Made by a program: the position numbers and the translations under genes. 64,000 bases of DNA, from the NCBI GenBank assembly GCA_018303725.1, contig JAGVXP010000050.1:13579-77578 (forward strand). Reading direction: 5' to 3'. Numbering within the stretch: position 1 is the first letter of the stretch; each line of letters starts with the position of its first letter. The DNA is from Candidatus Woesearchaeota archaeon. GTDB taxonomy: Archaea > Nanobdellota > Nanobdellia > Woesearchaeales > JAGVXP01. Positions 48,020-56,903 of the stretch are shown piece by piece. Under the pieces are notes generated by a model that worked only from the letters and a program-made list of their open reading frames with translations, had not been told where the DNA came from and did no database searches.

Positions 48020-49054
48020 TTAAACCCATTTACCCAGCCCGGTTTGCTGTTTTGATTCCTTTTCTTTTTCTAATTTCTCTAAAGCGGAATTAACCCTCTC
48101 TTCAGAAAAATCATGCTTGTCAATAAGAATTTTCATTAATCTTTCCTTGTCAATGCCTTTCCATTCTAATTTAAAATCATTACTCACCGGCATGTTATTG
48201 ATCAGATAATATGCTTCTGTCCATGGAAAATCAAAATGCTCTTTCCATTTAGCTTCCAAAAACATTTTATCAAAATCCTTTCCATAATTCCTTACTAATT
48301 TTAAAGCATTCTTTGGCCCGATGCCCTTAACTCCCCCAGGATTGTAATCCGTTCCAACTAATAAGGCAACGGCTATTAATTGCTCTTGGTCTATTGATAA
48401 ATTGTTTAGATTTTCAGATAAATCGATAATCTCCGGCTTTACAGTCTCGTAAGCCAGCTGGTTGGCTTTCTTCCTTTTTCCTGCTATTGACAAGTTTCTG
48501 ACTAATTTTGGCGCTCCATGAATCAATGAGTCAAAATCCTGTGAAACAACAGCAAACGCCTTTCCCTCTTTGACAATATGCGCTGCCTGGGCCTCTCCTT
48601 CAGATAGCGCTTGCACAACCGGCAGCCCTAGCGCTTCTATAACTTGTTTAGCCTCTTCTACCATATCTTTGTCAAGCCTTGATGTTCTTGCAGCATATTT
48701 TTTCATCCCTTCTATATCTTCTTTTTTCTTGGCTTCCTCGTACAGCTTTCCGGCTTCTATTTTAAGCTCTTTCCGTCTTTCTCTTTCTTTTTCCTTCAGC
48801 TTTGGCGGTTTTCCATCAAAAACAAAAGCAAGTTTCAAGCCTTCTGACATCAGTTTTGTAGTTCTGTTAAATAAACCAACTAGATGGGAAGTTACATCGC
48901 CTTTGCTGTCCATTAGAACTGTTCCATCCCTTGCTCTTATTGTAGTTAAGAATTGATAAAGAACGTTGTAGCTGTCTACCGCTAAAACCTTCCCTTTTAA
49001 ATCTTCTATTGCTATTTCTTTTGCCACTATTATATCTTTGAATGCTATGCCCAT
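48020..49054 (-). CDS. fen: Flap endonuclease 1
   Basis: LYQFL..IR, VFDG, EGEAQAA, SQD.D, GTDYN, C-terminal PIP box QTGLGKW. Confidence 0.98.
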   Translation of the reverse strand: MGIAFKDIIVAKEIAIEDLKGKVLAVDSYNVLYQFLTTIRARDGTVLMDSKGDVTSHLVGLFNRTTKLMSEGLKLAFVFDGKPPKLKEKERERRKELKIEAGKLYEEAKKKEDIEGMKKYAARTSRLDKDMVEEAKQVIEALGLPVVQALSEGEAQAAHIVKEGKAFAVVSQDFDSLIHGAPKLVRNLSIAGKRKKANQLAYETVKPEIIDLSENLNNLSIDQEQLIAVALLVGTDYNPGGVKGIGPKNALKLVRNYGKDFDKMFLEAKWKEHFDFPWTEAYYLINNMPVSNDFKLEWKGIDKERLMKILIDKHDFSEERVNSALEKLEKEKESKQQTGLGKWV

Positions 49055-49055
49055 T

Positions 49056-49976
49056 TTAGAGCTTATTAATGCTCATCCCTTTAAATTCTTTTTCTAAAAT
49101 TTCCTTTGCCTTTTTTGTAAGCTCGCCTTTTGTCAAGAATAAAACAGGCAACTTTTTTGACTGCGCTTGTATATAAACAGAGTTTAAATCGCCATCACTA
49201 ATTCTTTTTTTGCTTTTTGCTACACAAAAATATCTTAGATTGCCTACTGAAGATGGAACTTCAACTATAAAGCTTATTTCTGCATTTTTTCTTATTATTT
49301 TTTGCTCTGTTACTGATATTTTATTTTTGCTGAAATAGTTTTGGATTTCATTGAAGAACGTGTCTTTTAGCGGCTTTTCAGCTGCCCTTAATTTTTTGTC
49401 CTCAACTTCTGCGGGCTTAACCTCTTTTATTGTTTTCTGTTCTTCCTTTTTGATTTCTTTTACTGGCTTTTGCTCCTCTCTTTTTATTTCAGGCTTTTTG
49501 GCTTCAATTTCGCCCTTAACAGGCTCTTCTTTTATTGCTTTCAGCTGGGTTTTTATCAGCTCTTCTGCATCCTTTGTCGGCAGCAAATACCATTTCCAAA
49601 ATATCTCCTGATTGCCTTTGTAATTTACTTGTAAAGGAATTGCAAAATCTTTTATTGCCCTTAAAGCCACCCTAATGACAGGTTCGATGATATTGTCCCT
49701 CAAAATCTTTTTTTGATTTAACAAGGCATATGCCTCTTTTTCCCTTTCATGTAGATTAGATGAGAAATTTTGCAAAAGATGCTCTTGCCCTGGCAAATAA
49801 TAAAGGGGGGAGCCGCCTATTTTAACAGATGATATCTTTACTTTTTTATTAGAAGAAAGCTCTGAAAGATGAGCAGATGCCATCAGTATATCAGTTCCAA
49901 TCTCTTTAGAAACCTGCACAGGCAATATGGGTCCTTTTAGCCTTATAAATTCTATTATTTTATCCCTAATATCCAT
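49056..49976 (-). CDS. Hypothetical protein (winged-helix-like N-terminus, charged linker)
   Basis: GP.LP....K and GGSPLYY patterns; abuts fen. Confidence 0.7.
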   Translation of the reverse strand: MDIRDKIIEFIRLKGPILPVQVSKEIGTDILMASAHLSELSSNKKVKISSVKIGGSPLYYLPGQEHLLQNFSSNLHEREKEAYALLNQKKILRDNIIEPVIRVALRAIKDFAIPLQVNYKGNQEIFWKWYLLPTKDAEELIKTQLKAIKEEPVKGEIEAKKPEIKREEQKPVKEIKKEEQKTIKEVKPAEVEDKKLRAAEKPLKDTFFNEIQNYFSKNKISVTEQKIIRKNAEISFIVEVPSSVGNLRYFCVAKSKKRISDGDLNSVYIQAQSKKLPVLFLTKGELTKKAKEILEKEFKGMSINKL

Positions 49977-50032
49977 AACAGAAAAATAAGTTGGTGCTGT
50001 TTATATATTTTATGTTAACTTTTTGTTACTGA

Positions 50033-50593
50033 TTAGGGTCTCATCCATCTAATCTCATAATAGGTTACATCGCTTTCTTCATCCACCACACCAATCATCA
50101 ATCTTTTCTTAGTAGAATGCGCTACCCTGTTTTTAGCTGCAAATTCATACCATGTCAAAGTAGAGCTCTCATGAACTGGGTAGATAATCCATTTGGCATG
50201 ATCCTCTCCTGGTTTTACGCCACGGTCATAAACCCTGAAATCTGCCCCAAATTTTAAAGCTGTTTTTATTATATAGCCCCTATTCCTTATGTCTTTAAAA
50301 ACACAGTATCTTATCCAAAAATTTGGTTCAACTTTTTGCGCTTTTTTAATGAATTTTTCAACATTGGTCTTCTTATTCCTGCCGTCTACAACCCTTACTC
50401 TGTTTTTTTCTACCAAATAAAGCGTTTCAAGCAAAGAAAGCTGAACTTTTCCATCCTCTAATAGGGTTCCATACCTCCCCTGATTATACAAATCTCTGGC
50501 GGCATCAGAGTTTTCGGTTAAGACTCTTTCTTTTGCAAATGTGGCCTTTACTATCTTTTTTTCTTCTTTTTGTGTTTTCTCTTCCTTAATCAT
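50033..50593 (-). CDS. endA: tRNA-intron endonuclease (single-unit subunit)
   Basis: LSL.E.LYL, RGY..K..LKFGADFRVY, HA.W, RVAHS..K motifs. Confidence 0.95.
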   Translation of the reverse strand: MIKEEKTQKEEKKIVKATFAKERVLTENSDAARDLYNQGRYGTLLEDGKVQLSLLETLYLVEKNRVRVVDGRNKKTNVEKFIKKAQKVEPNFWIRYCVFKDIRNRGYIIKTALKFGADFRVYDRGVKPGEDHAKWIIYPVHESSTLTWYEFAAKNRVAHSTKKRLMIGVVDEESDVTYYEIRWMRP

Positions 50594-50710
50594 AGCTTAG
50601 TGAGGGTTGTATTTCAGTTTAAAAAGTTATCTTTTGTTTAATTATTTTCAATATAGAAGATAATTAATAAACAATAAATATTATATATTAACTTGTATTC
50701 CGGAATCAGT

Positions 50711-51601
50711 ATGGAAATAATATTTTTAGGCACTTCTTCTATGGTGCCGACAAAGGAAAGAAACCAAAGCGCTGTTTTAATTAGCTATAAAATCCATGGA
50801 ATATTGATAGATTGCGGAGAGGGAACCCAAAGGCAGCTTAAATTAGCAGGAATTCCGGTAACAAAAATAACTAAAATATTGATAACACATTGGCATGGCG
50901 ACCATACATTTGGCTTACCGGGTTTGATATCAACAATGGGTGCTTCTAATTATAATAAGACGCTGGAGATATATGGCCCCAAAGGAACAAAAAAGAAAAT
51001 AGAGAATATGTTTAATGCCTTTGTTTTTGACAGAAGAATTGAGTTAAAAATAATAGAGATCGAGCAGGGAAAATTCTTTGAAAATGATGAGTTTTGTTTA
51101 GAAGCATTGCCTCTGAATCATGGTATAGAAACATTTGGCTACAACCTTATAGAGAAGGATAGGAGAAAGATTGATGTCAAAGCAGTTAAAAAATTAGGCA
51201 TTCCAGAAGGCCCATTGCTGGGTAAATTACAGGATGGTAAGGCGATTAGATTTAAAGATAAAAAAATAGCGCCAGAAGAGACAACATATGCAATTAAAGG
51301 TAAAAAAATAAGTATTATCTCGGATACCTCTCCGTGCAACAACTGTTATAAGCTAGCAGAGAATGCTGATATATTAATTTGCGAATCTACTTATGAATCA
51401 ACCTTGGAGGAAAAGGGAGAAGCATATTCCCATATGACAGCAAAACAAGCAGCTGAAATAGCAAATAAAGCTAATGTTAAAAGGCTTATATTAACGCACT
51501 TCTCCGCTAGATACAATGATATTAAGCATGTGGAAGATGATGCTAAACAGATATTTAATGATAGCGTTGCTGCTTGGGATTTGATGAAAATTAATTTATA
51601 G
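50711..51601 (+). CDS. rnz: Ribonuclease Z
   Basis: FLGT....PT..RN, DCGEGTQRQ, THWHGDH, HMT, LTHFS.RY motifs. Confidence 0.97.
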   Translation: MEIIFLGTSSMVPTKERNQSAVLISYKIHGILIDCGEGTQRQLKLAGIPVTKITKILITHWHGDHTFGLPGLISTMGASNYNKTLEIYGPKGTKKKIENMFNAFVFDRRIELKIIEIEQGKFFENDEFCLEALPLNHGIETFGYNLIEKDRRKIDVKAVKKLGIPEGPLLGKLQDGKAIRFKDKKIAPEETTYAIKGKKISIISDTSPCNNCYKLAENADILICESTYESTLEEKGEAYSHMTAKQAAEIANKANVKRLILTHFSARYNDIKHVEDDAKQIFNDSVAAWDLMKINL

Positions 51602-51643
51602 CAAACGCACTAAATTATCATGATAGATAATGCGTTTGCTATA
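51597..51643. repeat. 13-bp inverted repeat hairpin at the rnz stop
   Basis: TATAGCAAACGCA (51597-51609) and TGCGTTTGCTATA (51631-51643). Confidence 0.75.
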
Positions 51644-51696
51644 TCAGAACGAACGAAACAATTTTTATAGATATTTTCGTCCGTTAGCTATATAAA

Positions 51697-52083
51697 ATGA
51701 GCCGCAAATCTAAAGGTATAAATGCTGAAAGAGACCTAATTCATAAATTTTGGTCTAAGGATTGGGCTTGTATAAGGGTGGCTGGTTCAGGTTCAATGAG
51801 ATACCCTTCTTCAGATATATTGGCTTCAAATAAGCTGAGAAGATTGGCAATAGAATGCAAAACATCTGGAGAAAAAAACAGGTACCTTACTAAAGAAGAA
51901 GTCCAGCAACTAAAGACATTTGCGGAATTATTTGGGGCAGAGCCTTGGGTGGCGATTAAATTTGATAGGAAAGGGTGGTTTTTTTTAACCCTAGATGATT
52001 TAGAGGATAGCGGCTCCAATTTTGTTATATCTTCAGAAAGGGTAATGAATAAGGGGCTCTTGTTTGAAGAATTAATTAAATAA
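51697..52083 (+). CDS. hjc: Holliday junction resolvase Hjc
   Basis: KG..AER.L, RVAGSG, D.LA, IECK motifs. Confidence 0.95.
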   Translation: MSRKSKGINAERDLIHKFWSKDWACIRVAGSGSMRYPSSDILASNKLRRLAIECKTSGEKNRYLTKEEVQQLKTFAELFGAEPWVAIKFDRKGWFFLTLDDLEDSGSNFVISSERVMNKGLLFEELIK

Positions 52084-52091
52084 GAAAAAAA

Positions 52092-52316
52092 TTATTTTTT
52101 CTTTCTTCCAAGTTCTTTTTCTATTTTCCTTTCTTCTCTCTCTATTTTTAGTTCCTCTGCTGCTATTCTTGCTGCTATTCTCTCTATATTCTCATCCATC
52201 CTAGCAATTCTTCTCTCTATCAGGACTAAAACCCTCAAAGAATATACTATCGCAGCTAATGTGCCAACAATAACCGCCAGTGTAAACTCTTGGATACCAA
52301 TAATGCCTAATGCCAT
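52092..52316 (-). CDS. Small membrane-anchored coiled-coil protein
   Basis: One TM then heptad-rich tail; GAGGTG SD upstream. Confidence 0.7.
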   Translation of the reverse strand: MALGIIGIQEFTLAVIVGTLAAIVYSLRVLVLIERRIARMDENIERIAARIAAEELKIEREERKIEKELGRKKK

Positions 52317-52422
52317 TTTATTTACACCTCTTTTTTATTAATTACTATTATTTTTATTTATAAATTATCTTATAGTATATAAATCTTTGTTTTAATTTAA
52401 AGTTAATGACAAGAAATAGGCC

Positions 52423-53140
52423 CTAAATAGCTTTCATCCTTTTCCATTCGCTGTCAAACATCCTTTCTAAAGCGCCAGCAAATAGTTTTGTATTGATCCA
52501 TACGCCAACATCATAACTGGGGTGTACACTTTCATCATTTAGCAATATAAGCGTTAGTTCCTTTCCATCAACCAAACAAAATCTTGCTTTAATATTGGTA
52601 TTTTTTATTTCAGCTATTTTGGAAAAATCCTTTATTTGTGATAAGATGTCTTTTGTTATTGGCGCAGCTACCCTTATTTTTACCCCTCTTTGTTTTGCTT
52701 TCAACAAGGTGTATTTTAAAATTTCAAGCTTTCTTAATAAACCCTGGGTGGTGGTCATTATTGTAATAGATTTCTGAGCGCCTTTGATCATAGTTTCTAG
52801 ATGATTGTATAGGTTATCGCGTCCTTTTAATGATCCTGACAAATCAACTGGCTCTACTAGTTCAATGCCTTGTGTATGCAATAAATTTAATTCGTTGATT
52901 ATCTCCCCAACTTTTAATTGTTCTATTGTTTTTAATTCCCTCTCAGAATTGTCCTTAATCTTTTTCTTGACTCTTTCAAGAACCTCATTGGGCGGAACTG
53001 CTATATATTTGATTGGCTTTCCAAGCTTCATTATTATAAAGCCCTTCTTTTCTAAACTTTCTAAAACATCATAGCTTCTGCTTCTTGGCACATTGGCAAT
53101 GTCAGAAAGCTCTCCTGCTGTGCTTACACCCCTGGAAAGC
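52423..53140 (-). pseudogene. trmB: Second TrmB-family regulator lacking its N-terminus (possibly assembly error)
   Basis: Paralog of 21335-22101; homology stops at 53140, directly beside a BRE-TATA-like sequence. Confidence 0.8.
53042..53140. repeat. 99-bp exact direct repeat, copy 2 (copy 1 at 21957-22055)
   Basis: Base-for-base identity, while the rest of the paralogs differ at synonymous sites. Confidence 0.9.
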
Positions 53141-53191
53141 TTATAAATCTTTCGATTTTGTTGCCATTTTAGAGTAACAAAAACAATCATA

Positions 53192-53208
53192 AAAGAAAAA
53201 TTTATATA
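53192..53208 (+). promoter_or_regulatory. BRE-TATA promoter of the cimA leader transcript
   Basis: AAAGAAAAA-TTTATATA ending 24 nt before leader ATG 53232. Confidence 0.65.
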
Positions 53209-53231
53209 GTAAACTGCACACCCTACAGGCT

Positions 53232-53300
53232 ATGAAAACTGCTATAGCAATAAAAAGGGGCATCTTCTTAGCTATAGCCATTATAATTATTATTATATGA
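53232..53300 (+). CDS. Putative Ile-rich leader peptide of cimA (MKTAIAIKRGIFLAIAIIIIII)
   Basis: Hand translation: 22 codons, 10 Ile, last six ATT ATA ATT ATT ATT ATA then TGA. Confidence 0.8.
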   Translation: MKTAIAIKRGIFLAIAIIIIII

Positions 53301-53303
53301 TTA

Positions 53304-53342
53304 GTCCTTATTCTTCTGAATAAAGGACCATTGTTTCTGATT
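53304..53342 (+). terminator. Putative attenuator hairpin plus CAUUGU and U-rich tail
   Basis: GTCCTTATTC-TTCT-GAATAAAGGAC 3 nt after the leader stop, then CATTGTTTCTGATT. Confidence 0.6.
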
Positions 53343-53362
53343 AAAATGATAAAATTAATATG

Positions 53363-53413
53363 TCAGAAATGCAAAGCATTTCTGATCATGCTTAAAAACC
53401 AAAAGGTTTTTAA
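53363..53413. repeat. REP-like double palindrome cassette
   Basis: TCAGAAATGC-AAA-GCATTTCTGA and TTAAAAACC-AAAA-GGTTTTTAA; 19-mer identical to 31278-31296. Confidence 0.75.
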
Positions 53414-53441
53414 CAAACAATAAATCAAAAGGTGAAATTAA

Positions 53442-55004
53442 ATGAGGATAACAATATTTGACACAACGCTTAGGGATGGAAGCCAAAGCAGGAATATAAG
53501 CTTTTCAGTTAGGGATAAGATTGAGATAGCTAAAGCTCTTGATGATTTTGGCGTTGATTATATTGAGCTGGGATGGCCTGGAAGCAATGAAAATGATATG
53601 CAGACATTTTTGGAGGCCTCTAAATTAAGATTAAAAAATGCTAAGATGGTTGCATTTGGCTCGACAAGAAGGAAAGGTATAAAGGCTGAAGAAGACAGTA
53701 ATTTAAATGCAATATTAGAAAGCAAAGCAAAAGTTGCATGCATTTTTGGCAAAACCTGGCTACATCATGTAGAGATGCAATTGAAGGTAACGCCAAAAGA
53801 GAATTTAGAAGCAATAGAAGATAGTATTAGGTTTTTGAAGGGCAAAGGGTTTGATGTATTCTATGACCTGGAGCATTTCTTTGACGGCTTTAAGCATGAT
53901 AAAAAATATGCCCTGGAATGCTTAAGGGTAGCTGCTAATGCAGGAGCTAGCTGCCTGGTTTTATGCGACACAAATGGTGGTTGTTTGCCTGATGAGGTCA
54001 GAAAAATAGTTTCAGAAGTTAATGAGTTCATGAAAAAAAATAAAATAAAAACAGAGCTTGGCATTCATATGCATAATGACTCCGGCTTTGCAACTGCAAA
54101 TACCTTTGAAGCTGTTAAGCTTGGTGTTGCACAGCTGCAATTAACTGTGAATGGCTTTGGAGAAAGGTCGGGAAATGCAGATTTATGCTTGTTGATTCCT
54201 GCTTTAATCTTAAAGGAAAAAATGAAACTGCCAAAAATTAAATTAGGTACATTAACAGAACTAAGCAGGTTAGTTTATACTCTAGCTAACACAAAACCAA
54301 ATCCTGCACAGCCATATGTTGGAAAAAATGCTTTCTCACATAAAGGAGGCATTCATGTGGATGCAATGGTAAAGGGAGCAACTTATGAGCATATAAAGCC
54401 GGAATTGGTTGGCAACAGAAGCGACATAGTTTTATCTGAGTTAAGCGGAAAAGCAAATATTGTTGCTACAGCAAAGAAATTTGGCTATAAGGTTGATAAA
54501 AACAATCCCCAAGTTATGGATATGCTGAAGGAAATTGAAAAACTTGAAAGCAAAGGCTATGATCTTGGCAATCTGCCTGCAGAGCAGCTTTTGTTGGTTG
54601 AGAAATTTTTTGGAAAAAATAAAGAGTTTTTTAAGATAGAAACATGGAAAGTAATGTCAGAGCAAAGAAATGGTGAATTTTCAGAAAGTGTAATTACTGG
54701 TATAGTGGATGGTAAAGAAAGGCAGGTAGTTGCTCCAGTTAAAGGCGGCCCAGTTGATGCCATATATAGTGCCTTAATAAAGCTTATAGCAGCAAATTAC
54801 AAGCAAATAGAAACTGTAAAGCTGATAAACTACAAGGTTATGATAGCGCAGGACCAGGGAGCAGAAAGCTCTGTAAGGGTTTATATCGAGTTTAAAGACG
54901 GCAGCGAGGAGTGGGGCACAGTTGGTGTAAGCACAAACATACTAGAGGCAAGTTTAGAGGCAATAGAGAAAGGGTTCAGGTATTTCTTGTTGAGGAATTG
55001 TTAG
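53442..55004 (+). CDS. cimA: Citramalate synthase (LeuA family)
   Basis: DTTLRDG.Q, GWPGSN, AFGSTRR, EHFFDG, LCDTNGG, HKGGIH, W.TVGVS.NI.EAS motifs of the bacterial-type CimA clade. Confidence 0.9.
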   Translation: MRITIFDTTLRDGSQSRNISFSVRDKIEIAKALDDFGVDYIELGWPGSNENDMQTFLEASKLRLKNAKMVAFGSTRRKGIKAEEDSNLNAILESKAKVACIFGKTWLHHVEMQLKVTPKENLEAIEDSIRFLKGKGFDVFYDLEHFFDGFKHDKKYALECLRVAANAGASCLVLCDTNGGCLPDEVRKIVSEVNEFMKKNKIKTELGIHMHNDSGFATANTFEAVKLGVAQLQLTVNGFGERSGNADLCLLIPALILKEKMKLPKIKLGTLTELSRLVYTLANTKPNPAQPYVGKNAFSHKGGIHVDAMVKGATYEHIKPELVGNRSDIVLSELSGKANIVATAKKFGYKVDKNNPQVMDMLKEIEKLESKGYDLGNLPAEQLLLVEKFFGKNKEFFKIETWKVMSEQRNGEFSESVITGIVDGKERQVVAPVKGGPVDAIYSALIKLIAANYKQIETVKLINYKVMIAQDQGAESSVRVYIEFKDGSEEWGTVGVSTNILEASLEAIEKGFRYFLLRNC

Positions 55005-55107
55005 GTTATTTGTATTCGAATTTTTCTATAGTTCTAAGAACGGAAAACGAAAGGTTTATATATAAGTACACATATATTATGTATACACACATAAAGGAGG
55101 AATAAAA

Positions 55108-55335
55108 ATGGTAACCATGACTTTAGCAGTTCCGGGTGAACTAAGAAATAAAATGGAATTGTTTCCTGAAATAAATTGGTCCGAAGTAGCTAGACAAGCA
55201 TTTAATCAAAAGATTAGTGATTTAGAATTTCTTAGGAAATTCAAATCTAAGAGTAAATTTACTGAAGAAGATGCTCTAAGGCTAGGAGCAGAAGTAAGCA
55301 GGAAAGTTGCAGAAAGGCACAAAAGGGGCAATTAA
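55108..55335 (+). CDS. Putative RHH-type antitoxin
   Basis: MTLAVP..L...M...PEINWSEVAR pattern; directly upstream of a PIN gene. Confidence 0.8.
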   Translation: MVTMTLAVPGELRNKMELFPEINWSEVARQAFNQKISDLEFLRKFKSKSKFTEEDALRLGAEVSRKVAERHKRGN

Positions 55336-55743
55336 ATGGAGCTCGTTGTTGATGCTAATATCCGTTTTGCAGCTTTAATAAAAGTTAGTGCTACTTCTGA
55401 CTTAATAGTTGACAATTCATTAAATCTTAGTTCAGTTGAGTTTATTTTTTCTGAATTTGAGAAATATAAAGATCTGATTAAAGAGAAAACAGAAAGATCA
55501 GAGGAAGAGTTTGAAAGATTTATAGAAATAATTCAGAAGAAAATAAAATTAATTCCTTATGAAGAATTTGAACCTTTTATAAAAGAAGCAGAAAAAATAT
55601 CTCCCGACCCAAAAGATACTGAATATTTAGCTTTAGCATTAAAGTTAAATTGTGCTTTCTGGTCAAATGATAAAAAATTAAAAACGCAAAATAAAGTTAA
55701 AGTTTATTCTACAGAAGACCTAAAGAATGAGCTTAAGAAGTGA
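55336..55743 (+). CDS. PIN-domain (VapC-like) toxin
   Basis: VVDAN, E, DPKD..YLALA, WSNDK acidic active-site pattern. Confidence 0.88.
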   Translation: MELVVDANIRFAALIKVSATSDLIVDNSLNLSSVEFIFSEFEKYKDLIKEKTERSEEEFERFIEIIQKKIKLIPYEEFEPFIKEAEKISPDPKDTEYLALALKLNCAFWSNDKKLKTQNKVKVYSTEDLKNELKK

Positions 55744-55871
55744 AATTGCGGGGCTCTGACTGTTTTAGTGTAAGCGACCCAATTTCTCGTTTAAGTGGTG
55801 TTAAAATCAATTATTACTCGTGGCACACCAACATAATAACATTTATATAATTCATTAATATACTCATATTC

Positions 55872-56903
55872 ATGAGTCGGTGTATTATTTGCTGGCAAGA
55901 ATTTAAAAAAATAAATAATCGTCAGAAATACTGTTCAAAAAAATGTTACAATGTTAAAGTTAGAAGATTAACAAATAAGTATATTCTTAATAAAAAACAA
56001 TGCGAGTTATGCAATAAAACATTCATTCCAAATAAAAATCACCCCAAAGCAAAATTTTGTTCTAAAAAATGTAATAAGAAAAACTATTATCTAGAACATC
56101 GCAATCTAACATTAAAGTATCCTCATTTGTGGGATGCAAAAAAGTATTGTAAATTTTGTAATCGTCTAATAAAGTTTAATCGTAATAATTATATAGTTTC
56201 TGAATTGGCTCGTAAATTTTGCAGTGAAAAGTGTAGACGTGCTTTGGCCAATATAAAAAGGAGGAAACACATTCTAAAAGAAAAAGAATGTTTATATTGC
56301 AAGGGTATTTTCAAACCTCATTATTTACACCCGCAAACAAGATTTTGCTCTTATAAATGTAATGCGGCATATAACTACTATAATAAATATAAATCTTTAA
56401 TTTCTAAGTACCCTAAAGGATTTGAAACTATCAAACATTGTAAGAAATGCGGCAAACAAATAATTTTTGATAAATCAAAACCGATGAATACCGAACTTAT
56501 CAGGAATTATTGTAGTAATAAATGTAGAAGTAAAGAATCTCATTATAGATTCAAAATAAAAAACCCAGAGGGATACAAAGAAAAGATTAAAAGAAGAAGG
56601 CAGAGTGAGAAAGGAAAGATTGCACACAGATTTTCTGCTAAAAAGAGAAAATATATGTTAAAAAATATTATAACCGCTTATACTGCAAAAGAAGAGATGG
56701 AATTAAAATCAAAGGGCATATGTTTTGGTTATAAAAGAAAGCCTCATTTTGTAGGCAAATCTCAATTAGAGATAGATCACAAATGCCCCGTTTCTAAAGC
56801 AAATAAATATTATATTAAAACGGGCAAAAAAAAGAGATACACTATAAAAAATGTTCAACCTTTATGTCGAGATTGTAATCAAGAAAAATTAGATAAGATT
56901 TAG
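55872..56903 (+). CDS. HNH endonuclease with repeated Cys4 Zn-finger modules
   Basis: Five CxxC..(F/Y)CSxxC repeats; EIDH..P.S and N.QPLC..CN.EK HNH motif; own TATA at 55842-55850. Confidence 0.88.
   Translation: MSRCIICWQEFKKINNRQKYCSKKCYNVKVRRLTNKYILNKKQCELCNKTFIPNKNHPKAKFCSKKCNKKNYYLEHRNLTLKYPHLWDAKKYCKFCNRLIKFNRNNYIVSELARKFCSEKCRRALANIKRRKHILKEKECLYCKGIFKPHYLHPQTRFCSYKCNAAYNYYNKYKSLISKYPKGFETIKHCKKCGKQIIFDKSKPMNTELIRNYCSNKCRSKESHYRFKIKNPEGYKEKIKRRRQSEKGKIAHRFSAKKRKYMLKNIITAYTAKEEMELKSKGICFGYKRKPHFVGKSQLEIDHKCPVSKANKYYIKTGKKKRYTIKNVQPLCRDCNQEKLDKI

Noticed and set aside
53141-53190. Predicted N-terminus MIVFVTLKWQQNRKIYK of the second TrmB
   Set aside because: It has no similarity to the TrmB start and is read through promoter-like DNA beyond the repeat junction.
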